From Octopus bimaculoides (taxonomy: Eukaryota), in NCBI RefSeq assembly GCF_001194135.2, contig NC_068983.1, positions 93,224,057-93,265,812 of the forward strand: 41,756 bases of DNA. Reading direction: 5' to 3'. The translations under genes were made by a program, and so were the position numbers. The stretch's first letter is position 1; the number at the start of each line of letters is the position of its first letter. Positions 23,211 through 34,990 of the stretch are shown here, piece after piece. Below the pieces are notes generated by a model. The model did not search any database. It worked only from the letters and a program-made list of their open reading frames with translations, and was not told the origin of the DNA.

Positions 23211-24454
23211 CCTAAACTATTTTGACACTGATCCCAGAACTTGTATTAATATTTTAAGCCGTTAATTAACTAACAATGACATGAACTTGCACACAATGCC
23301 CACACAATTTATATGATGCATTATGTGTTAGCGAAAAATATATTAAATGTTGTTTAATATTTTGAATAAAAAACACCGAAACAAGATCATTAAATCAATC
23401 GGTCATTTTTAAAAACTTCTGTGACTTTCTCAGTTTTCTGTAACCATTGTTTCCTGTGACATTTTCTCCTGGATTTATTTTAAAGACGTCTAACTGTTTC
23501 CAGCTAAAATTAACAAGAACTTAGCTTATCAAACTTAAAAATCATAGCGGACATAAAAAAAAGTGATTATTATTAATCATCAATGTCAGATATTTAAACA
23601 AACACATTCACTTATAATTCTCATTTTCCCTGCACTATTATTGAGTATTATTTCTCTAGACATTATTTCAACACTTAAGAGTCTATTAAATATGAAATTA
23701 TACCAGCAATCACTAGTATTTATTTTATATTTAAAATGACACCGGAGGGAATTAAATGTGATAATTAGATACAAATGTCTCGCGAAAACAATATTATTTC
23801 TATATAAAACTGAGAAGATTTCAATTTTCTTGATATGATTAACATTCACAAGCAGAAGGAAACTACTTTTATGATCGAATATAAATAGAGACTTAGCTTA
23901 GATACAAAGTCAAATTTTGAATATTCTTATGATTTATTCCACGAGGCAAGGTAGAAAGAAACTGACTACAATAAAGGGACGTCTATAAATGATTAAAATA
24001 TACGTTCCAAATATTTGACCTAATTTCACGAGGTCTAAGATCGGTGAGACATTAAAACTGATGTGCTGAAGTGTACCTGTTGCTTATAACAGGGTTTGAT
24101 AAAATTCAGAATGGGTTTTTCAATACTTCCACAACACTAAATTTATTTTTTTAAAAATATATGTTTGTCTTTTTGATAGCTTCTGTCAATAAATACCATT
24201 GGTCAGCCATTATGTTAGAGATAAAGTAGCAAGGGAAAAAGAAATAACGGAAATGCAAACATTTCAAAAAACATGTTTAAATTATTTCTTTAAAACTAAA
24301 AAAGATTAATCGGATTTTTTTCTGACAAAACCTCGTCAAAAAATACAAAACGATAATGATATACATAAATATACAAACACGATGATTAAACACTTTCGAT
24401 ATTCAAGTGAAGTTTAATATAGGTTAATGTATTAAAAAAAGTAAAAGAACTTAC

Positions 24455-24716
24455 TTAGATTGGCTGAACATTTTGTATATTCGTTTATCCATAGAAACAA
24501 GAAAATTGACCAGAGTAATCGGTAAGTTTTGGTCATGGCCAAACTTCTTTCGTAATTTTTCTACCTGATTTGAGATATAGTGTTAAGTGCGAGTTACTTG
24601 CAATTAGTAGGTTGTTTCCACTGCGAGAGGTGACTTGTTCCACACTTCCTGTCCTGCTGGCTACTGCTGTTGTTACCACACCTGTACAGGTAAGATAGAA
24701 AGGTATGTCAGGTGAG
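24455..24716 (+). promoter_or_regulatory. Candidate promoter / non-coding first exon with splice-donor cluster
   Basis: Reverse CCAAT box (gattggct, 24458-65), ACTTCCT motif, and donors G|GTAAGT (24522), CAG|GTAAGA (24690), AAG|GTATGT (24703), CAG|GTGAGA (24712). Confidence 0.35.
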
Positions 24717-25414
24717 ACGATTTGTTTGCATGACTCACAGTAAGACAAACGTGCAAACTGCAGAAAAACATGTATTGAAACATAATAATAATATATTTAC
24801 TGTATTATCTAGATTTAATTATATACATTCAAATATGAAGTTTATAAACTGAACGAAATGCCACTCTAAGTACTGATTCTGGTATGCGGAACTTATATTT
24901 GTATATAATGTATATTATATGGTGAGTGTACAGCTGATACGAATTCCAGTTAAACCCCGAATTGTTTACTTTAAACTTTTTTTTTTTTTTTTTTTGCTTT
25001 AAAATATGAAAATGCATACAATTCTCTAGAAACTTTGGGGCTTGAGAAAATGTCTTTAAAATTTCCTTACAAGTCTCCTCGGAAGTAAATAATTTATTTA
25101 CTGAATAAACCCCATCATATATAATTTCTTTACCCTTATATTTTTAATACGATACTACATAATTATTTTATCTTGGAGCAATATCAAATCACTAATATGT
25201 GAACACTTATTATAGCCAGACCTTGTTAAGTTACTCCAATATATTCCTAGCCATTGATTTTGTATTTATACATTCCTAGCCATTGATTTTGTATTTAAAG
25301 GTGTGTCCATGAATATTTACTTAAACTGAAAAGGCTACTCCATGCAGTATTTAGAGTTCATAGCAAGATTATATTGGGTGCATGCGATTTACGTTAGCGT
25401 AACAAATTATTATT

Positions 25415-25525
25415 TAGTACAGTTTATTTGCCAACAGAATGTGGCAGTCCTATAAAGGACAATGTTACTGTTGTTCAAGCCCCAGGAAAACATCTTTTCC
25501 AGCTGGCTATCGACACAGTCTGTGT
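25415..25525 (+). repeat. Direct repeat copy 1, related to the TIR arm of the 5-314 MITE
   Basis: High identity to 25768-25879; shares ccaac..aatgtggcagtcc..ccccaggaaa..ttccag.tggc with 5-120. Confidence 0.7.
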
Positions 25526-25530
25526 CCATA

Positions 25531-25671
25531 TAGTGTTTGCAAGGGAGGTCATCGCTCCCATCTCCAGCCTTACGTGATATTCACAGACCATGGTTTCTGG
25601 GTGGTTTACTCCTCCTCAGTGTGAGATAATCACTGGCTGTTGGTGAAAGCTTTCTCCCCTTGCAAACACTA
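25531..25671. mobile_element. 141-bp MITE, TA TSD (Tc1/mariner-type)
   Basis: TA|tagtgtttgcaagggag ... ctccccttgcaaacacta|TA. Confidence 0.8.
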
Positions 25672-25767
25672 TATATTCTTTGAGCGACACACAGTAGTAG
25701 ATCTCGTATAGAGAAAAGCAACTTGTTTTGAATCTCTCAGCGAGAGACATACAGTAACAGTACCAAA

Positions 25768-25879
25768 TAGTAAAGTTTATTTGCCAACAGAATTTGGTAG
25801 TCCTATAAAGGACAATGTTACTGTTCTTTAAGCCCCAGGAAAACATCTTTTCCAGCTGGCTATCGACATACAGTCTGTG
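25768..25879 (+). repeat. Direct repeat copy 2, related to the TIR arm of the 5-314 MITE
   Basis: See 25415-25525. Confidence 0.7.
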
Positions 25880-26649
25880 ACCGTATAAATCATTATTTCC
25901 TAATATGACAAATATCGATTTCATTACTTACTACAGATAGAAAGTAATCATAAATTTTGTTCAAGACTTTTTGGTAAAAGGGCTGTGTTTCGGATTAGGA
26001 AACGAAAGATTAATTTTTACTTCTGGCTTTAGCAGCGTAAGTGTCAAATTTGGATCAACTGATTGTTCCTGAATTTCCGTAAAAATTTTATTTGTTTACT
26101 TTTGTTTTCATGATGTGTGGAAGGCGACATTTGTTTTGAATTTGGAGGAGTAAGTGAAAGATGTATGTACATGTATATGAAATGTTTTTGTTTCAAACAA
26201 AAGGAAATTGTGGTTTTGAAGAAAAAGTAAAATTATTCCAAACATCAAAATTTGTTTACATTTTGCCTCTCAATTCCACAGCATTTTCTATTTCAGAATC
26301 TTCACCAGTAAAAGTTCTTTGATAATAGCACATTAACCACAACTTCACGCGTACATTCCGGTATGCAGAACTTATAGTTGTATATAATACTAGCCTAAGT
26401 ATCTGGCATTGCTCAGAAGTTTAAAGAATGTTAAAGGAAATAAATATATCTATTCTGATAAAAAATATTTTTTCAGAAAGATTCTATCAGATGACATGAG
26501 TATAAACAAAGTTATTAAAACAAATCCTGAAATCAATCACAATTTAATTTTGTAGAACTTCTAAATATACAATGTTTTCATTGTGTCCTTTAATTGGGGT
26601 ACAAATAAAAAGAATTTGGGGACTTCCTACTTGCAAACATGCTACATAT

Positions 26650-27500
26650 CATTGCCTATGAGAGAAGTAAGGTTAAGTCCCACAACTTTGAGAGATTGTC
26701 CTTGAAATTTGTTTATCAACATAGCAAAACTTAGTTTCACTGGGAACTGGAGCTGTTTAAATTCAAAGATGGAGTCAGATGAGATTAACAGGATCTCACC
26801 TTTATATTTTCCAGTGACAATTGTAGCCTCTAGGACATGGGGTTGCATTGTGTTCATCACCAGTCTGGTACCATTGTATAGGTGAGGTGGATCCAGATGC
26901 CTGAGCAGCATGATTGAGGCCCCTTTTCTAAGTGTTAAATTGTGAGGTGGCATCCTATATGGCCATAGAGAGTTCAGGAACTCAGTTGGAAAAACTACAG
27001 CTTGATCACTGATTAACAGTGAAAGACTGTTCTTGTCCTAGCAACAGCTGCAAGAGATACCAATTGATTTTGTCGACAGCATCATTATGTGGAGCTAAGA
27101 TGGCTCACTCACATAGCCATTGACTGTTGCTAAAGTTTTGTGCAATGTTTGGAAACGTGCATTTTGAGATCATTGACAGTTGGTACCATCTCACCACAAG
27201 GTAGCTTGTGTGACTGCATTTGGTGGACATAAGGCAGTTGCCCACTCTCTATGTTCAAAAGCTGGCATGAAAACAGCCCGGCAGTTTGATCACCAAATAA
27301 TTGGGTCCTTGTGTTAACTGTCAGGTGCAGTTTGGTCACTTGCCTCCACAGATAGGATTGCTTGAGACAGGCCTTTAGTTCATCTGCCTTTGTACCTTTT
27401 TTGGATCACAGGAAGGGTTTTCTGAAATCCCCAGCCAAAACAACAGTGACACCACCCATGAGAATGTCCTTTCCTCTCAAATGTCTTTAAAATTTATAAA
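26650..27500 (-). pseudogene. Helitron RepHel PIF1-like helicase C-terminal remnant
   Basis: MGGVTVVLAGDFRK(T)LPV..., PPHNLTLRKGASIMLLRHLDPPHLYNGTRL and FKQLQFPVKLSFAMLINKFQGQSLKVVGLNL; broken by frameshifts and deletions. Confidence 0.9.
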
Positions 27501-27721
27501 GTTTGTTGTGTAAATTGAAAGATATTCTACAGTGTATATTGCCTAAAAGGCCAAATGAGTAAATGACTTATGTCAATGTAATAAGAGTTTTCACTGGGCA
27601 TACGTCCGTATAAAGACCTTTCATTATTTAGAAACCGTACTGTTTCTTTTTCTTCTGAAAATTGCATAAGTTGTGTGTAACATCGAATTTTAAGTTTTAC
27701 ATTAGAGTAATTCCAGTTCTT

Positions 27722-27773
27722 TGCAGAGGGCCCTTGTGACTGCAGGGGTTGCAGGGGCTTAGTACCAGCCCTG
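27722..27773. mobile_element. CAGGGC-type (hAT-Tip100/MER45-like) terminal fragment inside H1
   Basis: Minus strand reads cagggctggtactaagcccctgcaacccctgcagtcacaagggccc. Confidence 0.35.
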
Positions 27774-28683
27774 CTGTAAACAAATTTATGGTTGAGGGTT
27801 ACAGTCAGGGTTAGTATTAAGCGAGTATGGTGTTATTGTAAATATTTACCAAATTTTTATCCAGTCACAATTATGTTTATCAGCAACCAACCTTTGTGTG
27901 AAAGTGTCAGTGTGAATGCATGTGACAGGACCGTACACAGAAATTTTGTTTCAGAAAAGTACTTCTTACATACCATGCTGTCAATTCATTGGATTAATCC
28001 CAACAAAATACTACAAGTTTAGTCACTGGCTCAGCACCTATGTTTGTGTTCTTCATTGCAAATTAATAAAAATTTTAATATACTTCCAAAATGGGACTTT
28101 GTCCATATGTATCTGCATGCATATATGTGCAGGGGTGGTGTTAGTGCACAAGAAAAACATTTATGGAAATGTACTCATAAAAATTTTATTAAAATATGTT
28201 ACCTTTATATGCCATGTTTGCAATTCTCCATATAAATGATAGCAAAGTGTGTATCAAATGAAATTATAATCCTGGTTCAGTGACAGATCAATCAAGTTAG
28301 TAAAGTTTTAATGTTTTTGGTAACAACATATTCTCTCTTCTAATTAGATATTTTAAAAGAGAGAAAATGCCACCCTCTCTTTTGCAAGACAAAAGAGAGT
28401 GGGGGAATTAAAAATTTTGAAAACATGGTCTTTTGCATATTGTGAATCTCTATTATTGAAAACATAGGAATGCATTAAAAAAAAATCAGAAGGGTTGTCA
28501 GGGTGGGGGGATCTACAGCCCCCTATATGGGCAAGGGCCAAAATTTGACTCCCTAGAACCTTCCCCGAGTAATGAAAAACCTTCATGCCAAATTTGGTAC
28601 AGATTGATCCAGCAGTTTGGCTGTACATAGAGGATACACATACACATACAGGCGGTGAATTTTATATAGATAAATATATTATA

Positions 28684-29688
28684 CTAGCAGAGATACCTGG
28701 CATTGCCCGTGTTACATGCAATTGAAGGATGAGACTTTTCTCTTATATTTTGTGTAAGGAACTGGAATACATATGATTTGAATTTCATCAAAATTGCACA
28801 TGAGGGTTCTTTCCCTCTTTACACACCCTAAAAAAATTCTAATCATGAGACATGTATCCCATACTATTGATCTTTATGCACATATTCCAAAATTTCAGTG
28901 TTCTGGAACCTGTAAAAAGGATTTTGCTCCTGAAAACTGGAGCTCATAGAGCTCTAAAATGTGGGAATGAAGGCCCCTATTGGGGGTGGGTGTGTTAATG
29001 TCAACCAGAGAAGTTGAATTGTTGGGAATGTTTTTAACTTGGGTCTTATAGTATGCCTGTATATATGTGAGAGTATAGTTTCACTTTAATAGTTTCAGTA
29101 TGAAATTGAAAGTATTAAAGTGAAAGTATTTGAAATTACAGTAGCGACATGTTATTGTTTCACTTTTGACATGTAATACTAAAATAGTGGAATAGTTTCA
29201 GTGTTAAAGTGAAAGTATGTGACATTATAGTAGAGTGATGTTATTGTTTCACTTTTGACATGTAATACTAAAATNNNNNNNNNNNNNNNNNNNNNNNNNN
29301 NNNNNNNNNNNNNNNNNNNNNNNNNNNNNNNNNNNNNNNNNNNNNNNNNNNNNNNNNNNNNNNNNNNNNNNNNNNNNNNNNNNNNNNNNNNNNNNNNNNN
29401 NNNNNNNNNNNNNNNNNNNNNNNNNNNNNNNNNNNNNNNNNNNNNNNNNNNNNNNNNNNNNNNNNNNNNNNATGTTATTGTTTCACTTTTGACACGTAAT
29501 ACTGAAATAGTGGAGGAGATATGATATTGCTGTGGGCTCAAACTATGCAAGAAGTGAAAAATTGTTTTGGCCTAAGACACTACATGGACCCTAAGTAAGG
29601 CATGTGTTAATTTGGAATGAAATTGGTTGTGGAGTTCTCGAGTTTTAGGGATTCACACAGATACACATTCTCATCTTTATATATCTGA
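28684..29688 (-). mobile_element. Non-autonomous Helitron H2
   Basis: 3' end acgggcaatgccaggtatctctgCTAG|T at 28684. 5' end A|TCAGATATATAAAGATGAGAATGT at 29688. Internal ~89-bp tandem repeat spans the N gap. Confidence 0.75.
29275..29471. other. Assembly gap within the Helitron internal tandem repeat
   Basis: N run flanked by atgttattgtttcacttttgaca units. Confidence 1.
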
Positions 29689-29689
29689 T

Positions 29690-31129
29690 ATTTATGCGCA
29701 TATTCGAAAATTCTAGTGTTATGGACCCTGTAAAAAGGATTTTGCTCCTGAAAAATGGAGCTCTTGGAGCTGTAAAATGTGGGAGTTAAGGCCCCAATTG
29801 GGAGTAGGTGTGTTAATGTCAACCAGAGAAGTTGAATTGTTGGGAATGTTTTTAACTTGGGTGTAATATGTATTGTTTGAATTTCTTTGAAATAGGAAAT
29901 ATATGTATGTTCACTGGGTTTGTTAAAGAGAGTAAAGCTACAGGAAACCAAAATAAGAATGATCACGATAATCAGTCAGCTACTCTAGCCTCGTCGTTAC
30001 TACTCCCCAATGTAGGATTCCTCACCATACAGGTGACAGGNNNNNNNNNNACACTGTTGTACCGTTGAATTACAAATAATGCTCATCTGTTATGTTCAGG
30101 TGACCCCTATAGGTTCCAATAGTACAACTGTATTTGTCTTTGCTTTGGAAAAATGACTAAATTGTGGGTGTGAAGTCCCCATGAAGGGGTCTTTGTAACT
30201 TCTAAGAAGAAGAAATTTTAGAAATATTACTTTATTTGTGTGTAATATGTATGGTTAAAATTTCATCAACATCAAAAATATATGAATTTTCATGGAGGTT
30301 ATGCCCTTTATGCATAGAATATAATTTCCAAATTTCATAAAGATCCATTCAGTACTTTTGACGTAGTTTTGGATAAAAAACAAATGACTAGTTTGTGTGC
30401 ATGTGTATGTGTGTGTATGGGTGTATATATGTATAGATATCTGTATGCATGTATATATGTGTACATATTACATGTACATCNNNNNNNNNNNNNNNNNNNN
30501 NNNNNNNNNNNNNNNNNNNNNNNNNNNNNNNNNNNNNNNNNNNNNNNNNNNNNNNNNNNNNNNNNNNNNNNNNNNNNNNNNNNNNNNNNNNNNNNNNNNN
30601 NNNNNNNNNNNNNNNNNNNNNNNNNNNNNNNNNNNNNNNNNNNNNNNNNNNNNNNNNNNNNNNNNNNNNNNNNNNNNNNNNNNNNNNNNNNNNNNNNNNN
30701 NNNNNNNNNNNNNNNNNNNNNNNNNNATATACTTGTATATGGATGCATTTGTGCAGATATATACATGCATGTATGTATGCCTGTATATATGTGAGAGTAT
30801 AGTTTCACTGTAGTAGATTCAGTATGAAAATGAAACCATTAAAGTGAAAGTATCTGTCATTACAGTATCGAAACGTGATTGTTTCAGTTTTGATACTGAA
30901 ATAGTGGAAAAATTTCATTTTTAAAGTGAAAATATTTGAGTGTTTTTGTTTCACTTTTGACACGTAATATTTAAATAGTGGAGGAGATATGTTGCTGTGG
31001 GCTCGAACTATGCAAAAAGTAAAAAAAATTTTTTGACTAAAACACAACCGGGACCCTAAGTAAAGCATGTGTAAAATTTGAATGAAATTGGTTCACACAC
31101 ACACAAACATTCTCATTTTTATATATAGA
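29690..31129 (-). mobile_element. Non-autonomous Helitron H3 (same family as H2, lacking the last ~190 bp)
   Basis: 5' end A|TCTATATATAAAAATGAGAATGT at 31129. 29690-29870 matches 28872-29045 and 30946-31092 matches 29478-29627. Extra inserted sequence at about 29880-30790. Confidence 0.75.
30481..30726. other. Assembly gap in a (TG/TA)n low-complexity tract
   Basis: N run. Confidence 1.
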
Positions 31130-31334
31130 TAGATAGATGGTGAGTGAATTTTATCATAATTGTGTGTTTATTACAGCCAAAATAAATTTGCCAGCAAAAT
31201 CTTATAAAATGACAATGGTCACAAAGATATACATCTAAGTTTGTGACAAGAAATATATTTTATCTTGTTCATAACTACAGTTTAGTCCTCCTCTCCTCAC
31301 ATTGTTATTTCTTTATAATTTCCTTAATAATTCT

Positions 31335-31500
31335 TTCTAATTTTGGAACTAGGCCAGTAATTTTTGAGGAGAAGAGGCAAGTACTTGATTGATACTTATT
31401 TTATTGGCCTTGAAAGGATGAAAGACAAAGTTGACTTCTGCAGGATATGAACTTGGAATGTTAAAGAGTTGGAAGAATTGCAACTAAACATTTCTGCTCA
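31335..31500 (-). mobile_element. Decayed 16866-type SINE
   Basis: tacttattttattggccttgaaaggatgaaagacaaagttgac matches the reverse complement of 16950-17010. Confidence 0.65.
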
Positions 31501-32354
31501 GATAGGTCTAGCTCCCCAGCTTTCTGTCAGTTATGATGATGAGTTTTCCTGTTGATTTGATTAATGGAATAGTCTGTTCGTGAAATTAACATGCAAGTGG
31601 CTGGATGAAATTCTTTTGTAAACTTGAAATTTCATTTTTATTCAAAAAGAAAAAGTTCATGTTTTTAACTCTTCAATAATTTGGTTACAACATAAAAAAG
31701 TTCAATGTTTTAATTAAAAAGATGTGACTTTTTCTTCTTTCTCTTCATCAACATAATTGTCATCTACAGAAATTATGAGGAAATAAAAAGTTAATGGGGG
31801 ATGGTGTGTCAAACTAGTTATGCTTGTTCCAGCAATACATGCATTTACGCATATTGAAAGAACATAAGAGATAAATTTTTGTTGAGGAAAAGGCCGTGGC
31901 CTTTGTACATAGGCTTAGGTTGAGAGGGGCATTAAGGTGAGTGATCAAATTGAATTACGTCAAATTCCTGACCATAAAGAAAATACTACCTGTGTGGAAT
32001 CTTCCAGTAAGATGCTGTTCTAGGGATACATACTTTAGTAAAGTTTTTGGTGCAGGATCTTAAGGATGATGATTGTAGGGTAGACTGGATGGTGGTGCTG
32101 ATAGACAGCTGTTAGTTCTGAGGAGCAGAAATTGTTGTAGTCACAGAAGAGACCTTGGAAGGATACAGCAATTACATCTGTGGACCAGCAATTATGGAAT
32201 GAGTTTTTTGCTAAACATTTGTAGCTGTGTATCAGTTGACTATCCCAAATATGGTATTAATATTTTTCAGGAGACACACTTCTATTTTTTATAGAGTTAG
32301 TAGCTGTTGAAAGTTGGAATTGTTTCCAATCCAGGAATGAGAGATTATCTTTCA

Positions 32355-32770
32355 GGTATTATTGATGCTTGCTTCCCAACAACATGGTTCAGTCTGACTG
32401 CATGGAATCTTGGGCAACTATCTTCTATAGCTTTGGGCCAACCAAATCTTGTGAGTGAATTTGGTTGACAGAAACTGTAAAAAGCCTGCCATATGTGTGT
32501 GTGTGTGTCCCTCGCTTGTGCTTGACAGCCACTGTTGGTGTACTCTTTTACTTGCTTCAGTCATTTTACTGTGGCCATGCTGGAGCACCACCTTTAGTTG
32601 AGCAAATCGACCCCAGGACTTATTCTTTGTAAGCCTAGTACTTATTCTATCAGTGTCTTTTGACGAACCGCTAAGTTACGGGGACATAAACACACCAGGA
32701 TTGGTTGTCAAGCGATGTTGGGGGGACAGACATAGACACACAAACATATACACACATACATACATACATA

Positions 32771-32821
<51 letters not shown>

Positions 32822-33105
32822 GACGGGCTTCTTTCAGTTTCCATCTATGAGGCTATAGTAGAAGACACTTGGCCAAGGTGCCACGCAGTGGGACTGAACC
32901 CAGAACCATGTCGTTTGTAAGCAAGCTACTTACCACACAGTCACTCACATTTCTGTAACTTAGTGGTTCGGCAAAAGAGACTGATAAAATAAGTACCAGG
33001 CTTAACAAAATAAATACTTGGGTTGATTTTTTTGACTAAATATTCTTCAGGGTAGTGCCCCAGCATGGCCACAGTTTAATGACTGAAACAAATAAAGATA
33101 AAAGA
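32355..33105 (+). mobile_element. tRNA-headed SINE (host copy) split by a nested same-family copy
   Basis: Head and (TG)n at 32355-32541; tail gtaacttagtggttcggcaaaagagac...cagcatggccacagt..atgactgaaac at 32947-33105. Confidence 0.7.
32542..32946 (-). mobile_element. Near full-length SINE nested in the opposite orientation
   Basis: Head at 32820-32946 (gtgtggtaagtagcttgct..ggttcagtccc), central (TA)n/(TATG)n, and tail at 32542-32760 ending in aaaagagt. Confidence 0.8.
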
Positions 33106-33439
33106 TATATACCATGTTTAAAGTATCTGACTGTAGAAACTAAGCCAAAGCTGATTGAAACTTGGTGCAGCTTTTCTGCTTGCCAGCTCTGGGCAAACTG
33201 TTCAACACATGCCAGCATGGGAAACAGATGTTAAAAAAGGAGAAGGAGATGTGTGTGTGTGTGTGTGTGTGTAGTTGTTATGAGAGACTATCAATAATTA
33301 GGAGATGTAAAACATTTTTCTAGCTACCTGATGTGCCAAATTCACTAACCTTTATAAATACATAAAAAAGGAATTGCATTTCTCTCAATACTACTCGCCT
33401 CTCATTCAAAGGGTCTTGTCTTGCAAGTTGCATAGTGAT

Positions 33440-33645
33440 TTCCCCAATGCTGGTGCCATGAAAAAAGTACTCAGTACTCTCTGTAAAGTGGTTGGCATTA
33501 GGAAAGGCACCCAGCTGTAGAAACCATACCAAAGCAGTCAGTCTAGTTTGGTGCAGTCTTCTGACTTGCTAGTTCCTGTCAAACCATCCAAGCCATGCCA
33601 GCATGGAAAACAAATGTTAAACGATGATGAAGATGATGATGATAT
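33440..33645 (+). mobile_element. RTE-tail-bearing repeat (SINE or truncated LINE)
   Basis: gtggttggcattaggaaaggcacccagctgtagaaac...ccatgccagcatggaaaa..gttaaacgatgatga. Confidence 0.8.
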
Positions 33646-33659
33646 ATACATATATACAA

Positions 33660-33825
33660 TGAGTTTCTTTCCGTTTCTGTTTACCAAATCCACCCACAAA
33701 GCTTTAGACAATCTGGGGCTGTAGTGGAAGACATTTGCCTAAGTCACCATGCAGTAGGACTGAACCCAAGATCACCCACATGGTTAGGAAACAAGATTCT
33801 TACCATACAGCCATGCCTACACCAT
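33660..33825 (-). mobile_element. SINE head fragment
   Basis: Homologous to 9500-9657 and 32820-32946. Confidence 0.65.
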
Positions 33826-34869
33826 GGACTTTTCCAGGGTAGTTTTTTTAATTGTTTATTTTATGTTGTTGTTGTTAAAATCATACCACTTCAAAATCAA
33901 ATGAAAACTAACTTGGACAGTTTGCTTAACTTTCATCTTCAAATATATGGTTTCAATGAAAAGTCTATGTCTATCTGTTTCTAATGGAAAATTTATTTAA
34001 TCTAACATTCAGTCAGATTTTTATGACATGGTTATTAGATGATAAAGGTTATAACTGCTGTTTGATCTGCTACTTGAAAGCTTATATGTTCAACATAATT
34101 TGTTAGTATAATTGTGATATTTAAAGCTGGTTAGCTTTTTAAAAAAATCCCGGTTTTAGGTTCTAAGCATTTTCTTTGTAGATTGTTGGGTTTATACTAA
34201 TCTTTATATATGAGCAACTAAAAGAAACTTTCCCTCATTGCTTTGATATTTGATGTTGACAATAACTGGCAAGAGGTAAGAAATATGAAACAAATTTGGA
34301 CATATTTCTCTAAACTGACTGTTTATTGTTAACATCAAAAGGGTAGAATATTAGACATAACAAGCACCAATTTTAGGAAGAAAGGCACAAGCCTACTGCT
34401 GGGATTTGAACCACATCTCTATGGCTTACTAGCTGGCAGCATTACTAATTATATCTTTCATCATTTGCCATTCTGTCTCTCAAAATTAGATGCTATAAAT
34501 TGTTTTTGCTCTTTTAACTGTGCTCTTTTATCTCCACAAGCTAATTGAATTGACTATTTTACTAATGTCCAACATACAATGCTTGTAAATATAGGATATT
34601 AACAACTTTTATTGTCTTAATGTGCAGAACAATATGTATCATTTGTAAACATATACGTAACAAATAAATAACGGTTTATTTACTCTTTCAGCAAAGAATT
34701 GCCTCATGAATCAAGTTATGACTTTAGCTTGTAAGATTTTAATGTAGAATCAGTAGAATAGTCTACCCTACTGATGCTAAGAGACTATGAAATTTCTTGA
34801 AACAAAACAGAGAAACAATTTATTCTACTTAACTGAAGGTGTTGGCTTTGCAGATTCTCTCTAACTGAT

Positions 34870-34990
34870 GATGCAGTCTCATGGTTAAGAAGTTTGCTTT
34901 GAAACTACATGGTTTCAAGTTCAATACCACTATGAAGCACCTTCAGCAAGTGTCTTTTGGATCAACCAAAGTCTTGTGAGTTAAATTTTG
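34870..34990 (+). mobile_element. SINE head fragment
   Basis: tggttaagaagtttgctttg..acatggtttcaagttcaataccact..ccaaagtcttgtgagt. Confidence 0.55.

Larger units (their letters stand above)
26390..28670 (-). mobile_element. Helitron H1, internally deleted, with helicase remnants
   Basis: 3' end gagcaatgccagatacttaggCTAG|T at 26390. Candidate 5' end A|TCTATATAAAATTCACC at 28670. PIF1-type helicase motifs lie inside. That both ends belong to one element is inferred. Confidence 0.7.

Noticed and set aside
25243-25297. 29-bp tandem duplication (also a 24-bp duplication near 15180-15225)
   Set aside because: Ordinary local slippage duplications.
34182-34730. Possible spliced exons 34182-34275 and 34692-34730 (MLTITGKSKELPHESSYDFS)
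   Set aside because: Splice sites are plausible, but the peptide is unrecognisable, the second donor is weak and no continuing exon was found.
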